DNA of 64,000 nt from Selaginella moellendorffii (lineage: Eukaryota > Plantae > Lycopodiophyta). The notes beneath the pieces were generated by a model that did not search any database, was not told where the DNA came from, and was given only the letters and a program-made list of their open reading frames with translations. Where the stretch lies: NCBI RefSeq assembly GCF_000143415.4, contig NW_003314384.1:248001-312000 (forward strand), read 5' to 3'. Below, piece by piece: positions 33,639 to 48,687 of this stretch (its first letter is position 1; every line of letters starts with the position of its first letter). Both the position numbers and the translations under genes were made by a program.

Positions 33639-34896
33639 GGCGGTGGAGTGAGAGTTTCTTCTTCTTCCAAGGATCCTCACTCTCTACTCAAAAGATGTCC
33701 CCTCCAGCTCCAGGAGCTTTCCAATGATCATAAACTTTAATTGACCCGCTCAACCGGTACCAGAAGAGCGATCTTGGAATGAAATCTTAGTGCTTGGAGA
33801 GCAAGCAAATGTGCTGCTCCTCCTCTTCCTCTTCCTTTTGTCAATGACATGAAACTCTGGCTAAGAAGCAAAGAGAGAAAAGAACTTGTTCTAGAGGATT
33901 TGAGAGAGAGAGAAGAAGAAGAAAAGTGTGTGTTCAAGGTGACAACAACACTCACGCAAGCGTCCAAGCTAGCAGTTGCTCAACAAAACAAAGGAGTGTT
34001 ATTTAACCGCGCGAGTGCGAGCCTCTGGGAGTAATTAACACTGCTTCACTTCCACATTACTTCCATCCAAGGTGGTAACTCTTTAAACGACAAGAGCAAC
34101 TAAGGTGATGGATCCCAAACGCAACGCAGGAAAAGGCGGGGTCGAGAAGCTGGGCGTTAGACAAACTTTTCTCTCTTTTCTTGTGAGTGTGAGAGTATGT
34201 GTGTGTCTCTCACTCGCGAACACGGCACTGCCAAAAGAGATCAAACTAACTCTTCCTCATATCCAGCACTCCGACACTCGCTACCAATCTTTGCTCGAAT
34301 CACTGAGGAGTGCGGACGAAAGAAAAACTAGAATCGCCCTTTATAGAATGAACCAGCAGAGTTCGGTCCACTTTAGTGAGTGGCTGCATATGGCTGCATT
34401 ACCAAGATCTGTAGACAATAATTCTCACAAGCTTCACCTCCATGGAACTATCCGAATCAGCCTCAACCATCTTGGTCGTCTTCGCAGCAACAGCCATCAT
34501 GGCCCAGCAATTCCCAAACATCCTTGGCCACAGCAGCAGTCCAGTCCCGGCAATCTTACGACCAACAGCAACAGCAGCAACCTTGGTAAATGGTACCTCA
34601 GGCGATTCATCAAGCAGCGGCAAAGTATGACACGGAATTTGTATACCATGTGGCGGCATGCCCTGGTCGCGCGACACGTGGCGCATCACGCGACCATATG
34701 AACGTGGGGCCATGTGTCCAAATCAACACTCCATGGGGATATCAATGTGACATGGCTATGGCATGGGATGGCATTTGTGGCTGCCATCACATTCATCCCC
34801 ATTCCTTTGACTTGGGTTAGTGTCAGTTTGAATTTTTTAGCATGTGCTTTCGACTTTGACTCAGTCCACGGAATTGACAATAAGTATTTCTATGGG

Positions 34897-34998
34897 ATTG
34901 TAACTTGAGAGAATGCTGCCTTCCTCTTCACTCAGCCCCAAATAGAACTCTATTTGGGGCTGAGTGAAGAGGAAGGCAGCATTCTCTCAAGTTACAAT
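34897..34998. repeat. Perfect inverted repeat (50-bp arms, 2-nt spacer)
   Basis: 34897-34946 is the exact reverse complement of 34949-34998. Confidence 0.95.
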
Positions 34999-35992
34999 TC
35001 AAATGGTTTGTTTAGTAGTGGAAGCTACGATAGTCATGAACTATAGGTGAGGCATTCTGTTTGTAATGCCAGTTTCTTATTCAGGGATTTGAATTTTTTT
35101 CTGCATTCGAGAGGATTTTACAGTGCAACTGCTTTTTGCGAAGACAATAGGATATCTAGTGAGGGTCCGCGACGTTTCAAAGCCTATATTGTATTAATAC
35201 ATGTGGCTCATTGATTTGAAATGGAGGGGCACATATACTAGAAGGTATTGCATCACATCCAAGCACTAATATTTCCATGAATTGTGTGAGCATACTCAAT
35301 TGTCCCTTTACTTGTCAAACTGGCTATGATTCTACAAAACTTCATCCTTTTCCAGGGCTCATATAAACCAAATCCAGAGTTTAGGCAAATAGTTTGCATG
35401 CTTTAAATACTCATTCAAGCCCTATCTCTAGATGTGTGTGCTTGCCTTCTTTACGGTGTAGGATTTAGTGACACACTTCCTGTCCATTCGGTCTGTGTCA
35501 AATTCCACTCTCGTCCCAAAAGCCCCGCGGGGTGGGGGCAGAGATGCTCATGCGCAGAAACACAGAGATACAACGAACCCGCAGACAGACACACACACAT
35601 AGAGAGAAAAGGGGGGGCACTTTAAAAATTTGAAAAGGCAGGAATATTCCGAGTGCCAGTAACGAATGGTGAACTTCCTCTGGCAAACTTTAAATGGGTC
35701 CAATGACCCATTCATGAGACATATATGCATCCCATTGGACCCATGCATATACATAACCACTAGATCCCTTTGAATATACCCTAACACATGGAAACAGGTG
35801 CAAAAGACTACTCATCATTAGGAATATTCGCTTTAGACCAATGGGAGCATGCCATGTGTTGCACGAATGGTTTGCCATTTACACAAGGCACGCCATACAA
35901 CGAGAATCTCTTTGTGGGTGTTTAGGCCATTGAGAAATTCTCTTTCGCTTTCTCTCTTTTTTCACGTCTATCTGTCTATCAATCTATCTTCT

Positions 35993-36196
35993 TCTGTTCT
36001 TGATAGAATTAAACGTGGCTCCAATCCAATGGTGTATGTATATTTATAGCTTAAGAAACAGAGGATGAATATCCCTAGAATATTGATATATTCTCTGTTC
36101 TTGATAGAATTAAACGTGGCTCCAATCCAATGGTGCATATATCTTTTGCGGTTTAAAAAGAAAGAGGATGAATATCCCTAGAATATTGATATATTC
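35993..36196. repeat. About 100-bp tandem duplication
   Basis: tctgttcttgatagaattaaacgtggctccaatccaatggtg...gaggatgaatatccctagaatattgatatattc occurs twice head-to-tail. Confidence 0.9.
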
Positions 36197-36446
36197 TTGC
36201 CGGCAGCCAGAATAAACTTTAAGGGGAAATCCAATTACATTATCCGGAAAGAAAAATACAATGATTTGTCCCCCAGCATGCCCAGCCGCTTGGCCTCCAA
36301 AACATGGCGCGCAGCAATCCAGCTCAACGCAGACCACAGAGCAGTGGTGCATCACGGCTCCTCTTTCTCTTAAACAGCTCCAATCCTTAACCACAGGTTT
36401 ACATTACTGCCTGTAGCATATTTTAGGGTTTACAATCTCATCTTCG

Positions 36447-36980
36447 GCAATGGTAACACCAGGTTCGACGTTGTCGTCGTCACTTGTGGGCTTGCCAGGA
36501 TCGCTCATGACAACCGCCTGTTGCTGCACTTGTATAACTCGAGTTGATCAAGTTGGGCCTCTGTTGCCAGGTTGGCGAATTGAACTTTGTTGCCATTTCC
36601 AACAACATCTGGCCGCTCAAGTCGTTCAGCGATCCAAAGGCTACACTCAAGACTCTACCTTAGCCTTGCATAAATACTTGCACAATAACATTTCTTGTGG
36701 AGGTTTGGCACCACCTTTTTTAAGCGCCGTGTGATTGGAAAGCTGATGCTGGACCCTGATGGCATCATCGCTTTTGTGTACCTGGCGCCAAGCCTATTGC
36801 TATACAACGATTGTGAGTTTGTGGTGGCTGCTGGAGGCAATTTTGCATTTTGTAGGAAGTGAAATTGGTGACTGGGGATGCATTTACAATCTGGTTCTTG
36901 GAAGCTTATACCGATGGCCAAGTGCCCAGGCCCTCAGTCTATTATATCCCTCATTTCAGACATTTATAACTCTTGTTTCA
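36447..36980 (+). pseudogene. Degenerate coding remnant, possibly F-box-associated
   Basis: TRFDVVVVTCG...LHLYNSS*SSWASVARL and LQSGSWKLIP fragments interrupted by stop codons. Confidence 0.25.
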
Positions 36981-37499
36981 GTTATAAAGTCACGTTGGGA
37001 TTCACAAAACACACCACAATTCTTAGCCAAAGTGATCCTTGGACAAGTCCAAATGCTTGTTTATCAATTGAACTCAAATGATAGTTTCATCAAGGGAACT
37101 CTATACCATTACAGGATCATTTGCCTTTGCTCAATTCATCTCTAATTTTATTATGTTTATAAATTATAAACATGTTTATAATAACACAATTAGTCTGATT
37201 GAGTTTGATGGAATCATTCTGGCAAAGAGCAAGTTCTGAGGGTCGTCCGTTCGGATACTAACGAAAACCATCGAAAGCACGAATTAAAAAAACAAAAACA
37301 GCTTTTTATGCAAAATCAACTGTGGTGTTGTTTGTATAAAGCTACGCATAGCTCCGATCCGAACCGAATTCGCGAACAAGACTAGCTGTCGTTGATGTCG
37401 AAGATGTTTGTAGTTGTGGTCTCTCTCTCTCTCTCCCTCTCTCACTCCTTTTTTTTCTTGGTTTTCTCCTTGTTTTCTTGCTGTGTGGCTGTGTGTTCT

Positions 37500-38912
<1,413 letters not shown>

Positions 38913-39286
38913 ACCCCGCTAAGGAGATCCGGGCCTCCCGCTGCGAATGCCGATTTCTCTCCACTAACCTAGAGCCGCTCCCGGGACGAACAAACTCCAC
39001 CGAAAGAATCATGCATCTCTGCGGCCGATGAGGGAGGCGCCTCCTCCTAGGCAAGTGCCGCCGGCGCCATCGCCACCGCCATCGCCAGCGCGCTCTTCCC
39101 TGGATCTACACGGTCGCCATCGCCAAAGCCGCTCCCATTTGCCCTCCACAAAGGCTTTTGCCCTTCCCCTTCTTTCACTCAAACGTAACTGGATGCCCCT
39201 GCCAGAATATGCCGTACACGGTACGATATACCATCTCCTGGCCGGAATATGCCCCCATTGTTTTTCTGACCTAGCTCGGCTCGTAG

Positions 39287-40604
<1,318 letters not shown>

Positions 40605-40794
40605 ACCCTGATCTTTCGTGTATTCGCTCCTCTCTTCCCATTAAGAAAATGGTATTTGGCTGACCATTAAAGAATCCACTATAGTGGGGCGTTACATCAC
40701 GATTCCTCCCATTAGGGCGCGGCGTAGTGGAAACGGTGATCGCGCTAGCGCTTCCTGGGATTGATGATCGATCTCCAGGATTGCGCCCCCAAGA

Positions 40795-41362
40795 ATGCAG
40801 GTAGAGCGTAATCCAGGGGTAGCAGCGAGTGCGCTGGACGAGATGGAGGGAAATTTCGCTTCCTCGACTCAGGAGCCGCGAACACCTCCTGGATTAGCAG
40901 CGGGCGTCGCCGATGTTCGAGGCAGGCATAGGATCCGCGTGGAGCTCAACAAGATCCAGGAGGAGAATCGATTGCTCCAGGTATTTTGCCCGCTAGAATA
41001 TTTTGGTTCTTGGTCCGTTGTAAATTTCTTGCGCATTTCCAGGAGGAATCTCAATTGCTCGATTCTGCTCCTCCGGCATCCAAGGCCTGCAAAGAGTCAG
41101 TTCTTCGATTTTCTTCTCTGCGAATCCAGGTCCTCATCGCTGTTCTCTTTTTCTTCTCAGGATGATCGACTTCATGGTGTCTAGTCCCGACCCATTCATC
41201 ACCAAGTAAGTCGCTTCGTGCTGCTAGTATAGGAAGTAAGTCCTGGGATTGAATCGTTCTTTTTCCAGGCCGTCTTTGCAGCAGCAAGAGCCCGCTTGGA
41301 ATCGCTGGTTTGAAACTCCAGTTGACTCCACAGCCTGCTGTTGCTGGAGCTTGACTCATTGA
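40795..41362 (+). CDS. Heterotrimeric G protein gamma subunit, 4 exons
   Basis: RGRHRIRVELNKIQEENRLLQEE..ASKACKE..PDPFI..WNRWFE..CCCWSLTH*. Start at 40795 or 40843. Confidence 0.88.
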
Positions 41363-41489
41363 CGAAGGAATGTGCTTTTTATCTGGTTGGAAATTCAAGG
41401 GGCCTCTATTTTGTCTCATACTCCATTGCTTTCTTCCTTTGTGGAGGAGCCCTAACCTTGCAGGGGGAGGAGCAGCAGCAGCAGCAGCC

Positions 41490-44065
41490 ATGAAGGTGGT
41501 CGCGCTGGTAAGTGGAGGCAAGGATAGCTGCTATGCGATGATGCGTTGCATTCACTTTGGACACGAGGTACCTCTTCTTTGTTTGTTAGATTCGATTGGA
41601 GATTTGAGCTGAATGGTTTCTTAGATTGTTGCACTGGCGAATCTACTTCCCGAGTGTGACTCCGTCGATGAACTGGACAGTTACATGTATCAAACGGTAC
41701 TCCTTGTTCTTGGGTTTTTCGTTTTGGTCCACTCTTGTCAGTGATTGTGCAGGTTGGTCATCAGATCGTGGAGGCGTATGCGCAATGCATGGGACTGCCA
41801 TTGTTTCGAAAGCGAATACAGGGAAAGCCCAAGTACGTAAAGCTCTTATTGCATTTTGTGGTTGCATTTTCTAAGTCTGGAGTTTCAGAGCTTTTGACCT
41901 CAAATATTCAGAAACAAACGGGGATGAAGTCGAGGATCTGGAAGTACTGCTAAAACATGTGAAGAGCAGAATACCTTCGGTTGATGCGGTCTCGTCCGGT
42001 GCCATTGCGTCCGACTACCAGCGTTTGCGAGTGGAAAACGTCTGTTCCCGACTCGGGCTCGTGTCTCTTGCTTATCTCTGGAAGCAGGACCAGACTGAGC
42101 TTTTGCAGCAAATGGTTGACAGTGGAATCTCGGCAATCTTGATAAAGGTGAACTTGTCATTCTCAATGCAATGTTGTATTGATAACTTCATTGTGTGGCC
42201 AGGTAGCCTCTATGGGTCTGCAACCTCAAAAACACCTCGGGATGGAGCTCTCTGCTGTGTTTCCGGTCCTTTCACAGCTTCATGAGTATGTATAGTTGCA
42301 CACTTGACATCCATACGCTTCTATGTTCTTCTTCCTTCTTCCTGTAGACAGTTCGGTGCCAATGTCTGTGGTGAGGGTGGCGAGTACGAAAGCCTTACTC
42401 TCGATTGCCCGCTTTTCAAGGTATGCAGTGTATTTCTCACGCTCAACTGACTGACTGTTTTGTTCTTTTTTTCCACCAATCTAGAATGGCCGGATTGTTT
42501 TGGATGAGTCCAGTACTGTCCTTGTGTCCACAAGCTCCATCGTCCAGGTTGGATTCCTTCATCCCAAACGGTTCCACGTAGAACACAAGGGATTGGAAGA
42601 TAACAGAGACACCGGGAAGGTGTATTGGGTAGTCGATGAAGCTGAACGAAGTCAGTGCTTAAAGAAGCAGCAGTCATGGACGTACGATGAAGCAACTGGA
42701 GAGTGCCGTGTCTCAAAGACCGAGGATTACGTGACTATCAGCTGTTGGCTGGCAACGAAAACACATAAAGGTCCGCTTTCAGAATTGCCTACATGTGATT
42801 TCATAAATGGTAGTTTCCTTTATAGGTGCTGGAGAAGATCTGTCTCGGCTGCTGTACTTGACACTCGAGCTCCTAGCCAAAGAAGACTTAGGCTGGGACG
42901 CTGTGCTCTATATACATCTCTACGTCGAGAGCATGAAGGACTTCGCCCAAATAAACAGCATGTACTCTCAACACATCACGGAAGCGGATTGTCCACGGGG
43001 CGTTCCTTCGAGGTCCACAGTAGAAGTTCCTTTGGCCGCCTGTGGATTGGGAGATGTGATGGTGGAGGTGTTTGCTGCGCGGAACACGTCCAAGAAAGTA
43101 CTGCATGTCCAGAGCATCTCTTGCTGGGCACCTAGCTGCATTGGCCCCTATAGCCAGGTACTCTCTTGTTTCTCCTTTCTCTAGTTCACAGCTTGGTTTT
43201 GCATAGGCCACCTTGCACGGAAACATTCTTTTTATGGCAGGTCAGATTGGACTCGATCCTCCTACCATGGCCTTGGTGACGGACGGACCTGCTGCAGAGA
43301 CGCTTCAGTGTCTACAGAACGCTCGAGCTGTTGCAGAAAGTTTCGGATCGGCATCAACGATCTTCATCACAGTCTACTGCAGCCTCTCCCTGAACAAACA
43401 GCAGAGGAAGGAGGTGGAGAGCCAATGTACAACGTTCTTCGGCGACGGTGCTGTGCTGCCGATCATCTTCTACGTCCTCGTCTCTAGTTTACCAAAGGGG
43501 TAAGACTTTGCCTCTGCTCTTACTCTTATTTCGCATTTTCTCACTTGTTGCTTGCAGCTCAAGTGTTGAAGTCGAGCCTCTACTTACTTGTTTGTCCAGC
43601 AACGAGGCCAGTGACGTCGAGGCTTCTGGGATGACGAAAAAGCTTGTGCATGCACTGCCAGCTCCTGCGGAGGGGATTTGCTCGTCGGACTGCTTCTCCA
43701 TTCCGGGGCATATTTGCCGGGCACTGGTGTCTGTGAGATCGTCATCGCCACTTTCAAGCAATTTTTCCTGGCTGGTGGAGCTAGTCGCCAGCATTCTAAA
43801 AGACGCAGATCTCCAATGGTCGGACATTTCGGTAAGTTTCTCTGGCTTGCTCTTTGTCTGAATTGATGGTGATCACGTGCAGGCGTTTCGCGTTTACTTC
43901 GTGGGAGAGAAAACTCGTTTTGACGAAACAGCGGTGAGGAGTTTCTTCGAAGCGCATTTCCCAGCATTGGTAGTGGTTCCCGTTCATGGTCTGGGACACG
44001 ACACCGAATTTAAGGTGTCGCTCACTCTCGACATTGTTGCGCTTAGAAGCCTGCAATGCACATAA
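41490..44065 (+). CDS. DPH6: Diphthine--ammonia ligase with C-terminal RidA/YjgF-like domains, multi-exon
   Basis: MKVVALVSGGKDSC, DELDSYMYQTVGH, GAIASDYQRLRVE, CGEGGEYESLTLDCP, LHVQSISCWAPSCIGPYSQA, AGQIGLDP. Confidence 0.95.
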
Positions 44066-44088
44066 AAGGGTATGAACTGTCTTTTAAT

Positions 44089-46953
44089 TTATGTCACTCT
44101 CATTTCTTTCACCGCTCGACTCTCCTCCCACATTCCAACACCAGCATACAGGTTGGACATTAGCACACAAGCAGCAACAGGATTTCTTTCAACTTTGAGT
44201 AGAGATTCAAACGCAACTTGTCCGATTCTCACATTTTTCCATTTGTGACAGGCGGACAAGAGTGCCATCCAGACAACGGAGTTGGACGTGTAAGGCATGC
44301 TGCTCGCAGTTTCTAGTGCCTCGTCCAGTCGATTGGCGCGGCCTAGCAAGTCCACCATGCATGCGTAATGCTTCACGCCGGGAACAATACCATGTCTGGA
44401 AGACATGGACTCGAAGCACTCCTTGCCCCGATCAACAAGGCCAGCGTGACTAGCAGCTGCAAGGATGGATACGAAAGTTACATCGTTTGGCTCGAACAGC
44501 TGCCTTTGCATCTCTTCGAAAAGTTCGAGCACTCGATCGAAGTCCCCCTGGCGGCTGTATCCGTCGATCAACGAGTTCCAAGTTATCAATTGCCGGTCAC
44601 TGCTGTTCATCGAGTCGAAAACCTGGCGAGCCTCGACCATACTGCCACACTTGCCGTAGAAGTCGATCAAGCAATTCGCCACGGTCGGTATCAATGAAGC
44701 AGCAGCAGCACGAGCTTGGGCTTCGATTGTTCTTCCGCTTTCTACAGCCGCCTCCGCCCGACACGCCTTCAGTGCAGCTATGAAACTCGCAGCATCCAAC
44801 TTGACCCCGTCCAGTTCTTCCACCATCAGCCGATATGATTCGAGAGCCAGTTTTCCGTCGGCAGCGCGTGCGTAGCCCGAGACTATGGCGGTCCAAGATA
44901 CAGCGCTCTGACTCTCCATACTCTCGAAGACTCTCCAGGAATCGCTCATACTCCCGGCCTTGGCATAAGTATCGATCAGAGTATTCGCTACCAGAGCGTG
45001 GAGCTCGAAACCAGCACGAACAGCTCGGGCATGGATGGTTTTACTGGCCTGCAACTTAACTTCAAGGCTGTCATCGCCATCTTTTCCACCGTTGAGACAC
45101 GCACAGGCCTTGAGAGCTGCAACGTAAGTCACACCATCGGCTACTACTCTATCGTCCTCGATCATTCGCTGGTACTGCTCCAGAGCTATCTTGGCTTCGC
45201 CACTCTCGGCGTGGCCCATGATGAGGCAGTTCCACGACGCTACTTCTCGACGCGGCATTCTCTCAAACACTTCTCGAGCGTCAGTGGTGCTACCACACTT
45301 GGCGAACATATCAACAAGGCTAGCACCCACGGAAGAGTCCAACTCGACGTGCTCTCTCGCTTGGAGGTAAATCTCCTTTGCTTTCTCTAGACTTTTCGAT
45401 TTGATCCTCCTGCCTTCTACCATTCTTGCTTCTTCCTTGGCTGCCATGCTCGAGCACGCTTTTGCTGCCGCTACCACCGCTATAGCATCTGCCGCGCATC
45501 CTTCTTCTTGCATTCGTTTGTAGAGCTCCAGCCCCGTCTTTCCATCTCCATTTTCAGCATAGCCAAGGATCATCCCCGTCCAAGATACCACACTCTTGTT
45601 TGGAATGCTCTCAAACACTGTCCTTGACTCTTCCAGGCTTCCGCATTTGGCGTACATGTCCACCAAGCTGTTGGCCACAAAGATGTGTAGCTGCGCACAA
45701 AAACTTTGGCAAGCGTGACGGTGGATCTCTCGGCCTTTTGCCAGTGCTCCCAGCTTCACCACTTTGCCTTCGACTGGAACAGCAGCTTCTTTGTCCGCCA
45801 AGCTCGAGCAGGCCTTGAGAGCAGCAACATACGTGACATAGTTTGGAGTGAAGCCGCGCTCTAGCATCCTCTCGTACAGCTCCAGCGCGAGCTCGCCTTC
45901 GTGGTTATCAGCATGGCCGAGAATGATGGTTGTCCAGGAGATTAGCGTGGGATTGGGAACAGTGTCGAAGACAAGCCGAGCTTCACGCAAGCTTCCACAC
46001 TTGCAGTAGACATCAACGAGGCTGGTGGCAACGAAAACTTCCGAGGCATGGCCGTCGGCTGTGGCTTGCGAGTGGACTTTTTTAACAGACTCCAAGGTTT
46101 TCGGCTTAAGGAGCTGTCCATCGACGAGCTGCGGGGTTTCTCCGCTTGCTAAACTCGCACAGGCCTTGAGAGCTGCGAGGTACGTGACTGATGTTGTCTT
46201 CAAGTTTTCACCACCTTGTTTTTGTTGTAGCATTTGCGAGAAAAATTCTAGAGCCAGCTCTCCGTCTCCACACTCGGCATAGCCCAAGATGATACAGTTC
46301 CACGACACCGAGTCACGTTCCACCATGCTTTCAAACACTTGACGAGCATCATTCATGCTTCCACACTTGGAGTACATCGAGACAAGCCTGCTAGCCACGA
46401 AGCTGTGCGTGTCCAGACCACTGCTGCGAGCGTGGGAGTGAATTATCCTCCCTCTTGCCAGGGACTGGGATTTTATGATCGCCGTCTTGCCCGTCACGAG
46501 AGCGCCTTGTTCTTCCTCGGCCAGCCTCACGCACGCCTTCAGAGCTGCAAGGTACGTGACATGATTCGCCTTTGGAGCTCGATCACCAGCTTCTCCTCCT
46601 CGCAGCATTCGAGCGAAGATCTCTAGCGCAACCTCGGCCTCGCCACTGTCGACATAGCCGCCAATGATAAGATTCCACAGGGCCGTGCTCGTCTCAAGCA
46701 TTCCCTCGAAGACGCAGCGAGCATCAGCCATGCTTCCACACCTCACGTACATCTCCACCAGGCTGCTAGCCACACCGGAATCGTGGGACTGGGACTGAAG
46801 TGAGCGGTGGATTTCCCTGCCGGTGTGGAGATGCTTGAGCCTGCCGCATTCCCGGAGCGCGGCGAGGACGAGCGAGGCATTGGGTCGCAGCCCAAGTCGC
46901 TCCATCCTGCGGTACATCTCGATCGAGGGCGCTGCTGGGCTTTGAACCGGCAT
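44089..46953 (-). CDS. PLS-class PPR protein with E domain
   Basis: Intronless, about 950 aa, with P-L-S triplets. HYACMVDLLGRA, WMALLSAC and VLMSNLYAGVGMWEE present. No DYW. First ATG at 46953 (ORF open to 46998). Confidence 0.93.
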   Translation of the reverse strand: MPVQSPAAPSIEMYRRMERLGLRPNASLVLAALRECGRLKHLHTGREIHRSLQSQSHDSGVASSLVEMYVRCGSMADARCVFEGMLETSTALWNLIIGGYVDSGEAEVALEIFARMLRGGEAGDRAPKANHVTYLAALKACVRLAEEEQGALVTGKTAIIKSQSLARGRIIHSHARSSGLDTHSFVASRLVSMYSKCGSMNDARQVFESMVERDSVSWNCIILGYAECGDGELALEFFSQMLQQKQGGENLKTTSVTYLAALKACASLASGETPQLVDGQLLKPKTLESVKKVHSQATADGHASEVFVATSLVDVYCKCGSLREARLVFDTVPNPTLISWTTIILGHADNHEGELALELYERMLERGFTPNYVTYVAALKACSSLADKEAAVPVEGKVVKLGALAKGREIHRHACQSFCAQLHIFVANSLVDMYAKCGSLEESRTVFESIPNKSVVSWTGMILGYAENGDGKTGLELYKRMQEEGCAADAIAVVAAAKACSSMAAKEEARMVEGRRIKSKSLEKAKEIYLQAREHVELDSSVGASLVDMFAKCGSTTDAREVFERMPRREVASWNCLIMGHAESGEAKIALEQYQRMIEDDRVVADGVTYVAALKACACLNGGKDGDDSLEVKLQASKTIHARAVRAGFELHALVANTLIDTYAKAGSMSDSWRVFESMESQSAVSWTAIVSGYARAADGKLALESYRLMVEELDGVKLDAASFIAALKACRAEAAVESGRTIEAQARAAAASLIPTVANCLIDFYGKCGSMVEARQVFDSMNSSDRQLITWNSLIDGYSRQGDFDRVLELFEEMQRQLFEPNDVTFVSILAAASHAGLVDRGKECFESMSSRHGIVPGVKHYACMVDLLGRANRLDEALETASSMPYTSNSVVWMALLSACHKWKNVRIGQVAFESLLKVERNPVAACVLMSNLYAGVGMWEESRAVKEMRVT

Positions 46954-47115
46954 GGCGAGCTGAAAAGATGATAGAGGTGAGAGCCCTTTGTCAACCAATT
47001 ACATCTAGTTGGCGGGAGCGGACTAGAAACAACTACAGCAGTCAAGGAGAATGGTGAGTACCTCAGCTTTCGGGCCAATACTTAAACCCACTTCGACGAC
47101 TCGAGCTCAAACGGG

Positions 47116-48687
47116 ATGGATTCGTTCAGCATGCTTGATCCAGCGCCAGTTTTGGTGTCACTGGCTGGTGTGTTCTTGGCCATCTTGGTATGGAGGTGGA
47201 TGACCCAGAAGAGGTACGCCAAGCCCCTTCCTCCTGGGAGTTTGGGACTCCCCTTTGTCGGAGAGACGCTGCATTTTCTCCATTCCATGAAGACCAACAG
47301 GCCGTGGGAGTTTTTCGAGTCGAGGGAGAGGAAGTATGGCCCGGTTTTCAAGACCCATCTGTTTGGATCGCCCACGGTGGTGGTGAATCCCCCCGATGGA
47401 TTGAAGCTCATCTTCACCAATCACAACAAGCTCGTCCGTGGCTCCTGGCCCAGCTCCATCAGGAAGCTCGTCGGGGAGCGATCGCTCTTCTTCATGGAGG
47501 GCGACGAGGCCAAGCGCTTCCGCCACATCCTGCTCGCGTTCCTGGGCCCCGAGGCGCTGCAGCGGTACGTGGGAAGAACGCACGCTATGATCCAGAAGCA
47601 CGTCGAGGAGAATTGGATCGCGGGTGGTGAGATCAAAGCGTATCAGTCCGTCAAGGAGGCGCTCTTTGCTGTCATCTATGATCTCTTCCTGAGCCTGGCC
47701 GACGAGAAGGAGCAGCAGGAGCTCCTGGAACCCTTCCGTGTCGTCCTTCACGCTTTGATCGAGCTCCCGATCGATTTCCCGGGAACGGCGTTCTCCAAGG
47801 CCATGGCTGGCCGCCGGGAGATCATGGCGAAGCTGGACCGGATGATCGAGCAGCGGCGGCTGGATTTGCAGAGCGGGAAGGCGTCCGCGCAGCAAGATCT
47901 CCTGTCGGTGCTGCTGGTCGCCAAGGGCGAAGATGGGCGGGGCATGACCGACGAGGAGATCAAGCAAAACATCGTGATGCTGGTTCTTGGAGGCCACGAC
48001 ACGAGCTCCAGCTCCCTCGCCATAGCTATCAAATACATCGCGGAGAATCCATCCTGCTACGACGAGCTCCGTAAAGGTTGACTATCATTGATTGACCTCC
48101 GTGGACTGACACTCTCTCTGTAGAACACTTGGAAATTGCTGCTTCCAAGAAGGCTGGAGAGCCACTTTCCATTGCTGATGTCCGGCGCATGAAGTATACC
48201 TGGAGAGTGGTCCAAGAAGGCATGCGCTTCGTGCCACCCACCACTGGAGTTATTCGCCGGGCTATTGTGGACTTTGAGATGGATGGCTACACAGTTCCAC
48301 AAGGATGGCAGGTTCGTTCTTCATTTCTATCTTTCTAGATCCTCCTCTTCTCACGCCCGATCTGTGCGCCAAACCATGTCAAAACAGCTGTTTGGATCCA
48401 TGTACCAGAGCAACAAGAAAGAGAAGTTCTTCCCTGAGGCCGAGAGCTTCAAGCCGGACAGGTTCCTCGGCACGGGCCCGGTTCCTTACTCGTACATCCC
48501 ATTCGGTGGAGGGCCTCGGATGTGCCCCGGTTACGAGCTTGCCAAGGTCCAAGACTGCGTGTTTTTGCACCACATTGTCACCAGGTTCAAGTGGAGCTTG
48601 TGTGACCCGGACGAGATCGTGCAAATGGCTCCACTGGCAGCACCACTCAAGGGCCTTCCCATCAAGCTAACCTCCAATCCAATCTAG
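47116..48687 (+). CDS. Cytochrome P450, CYP85 clan (CYP716-like), 3 exons
   Basis: PPGSLGLPFVGETL, VFKTHLFGSP, GGHDTS, ExxR (EGMR), FKPDRF and the heme motif PFGGGPRMCPG. Confidence 0.92.

Noticed and set aside
35694-35743. 12-bp inverted repeat ATGGGTCCAATG...CATTGGACCCAT
   Set aside because: Stem too short for a miRNA precursor and no other support.
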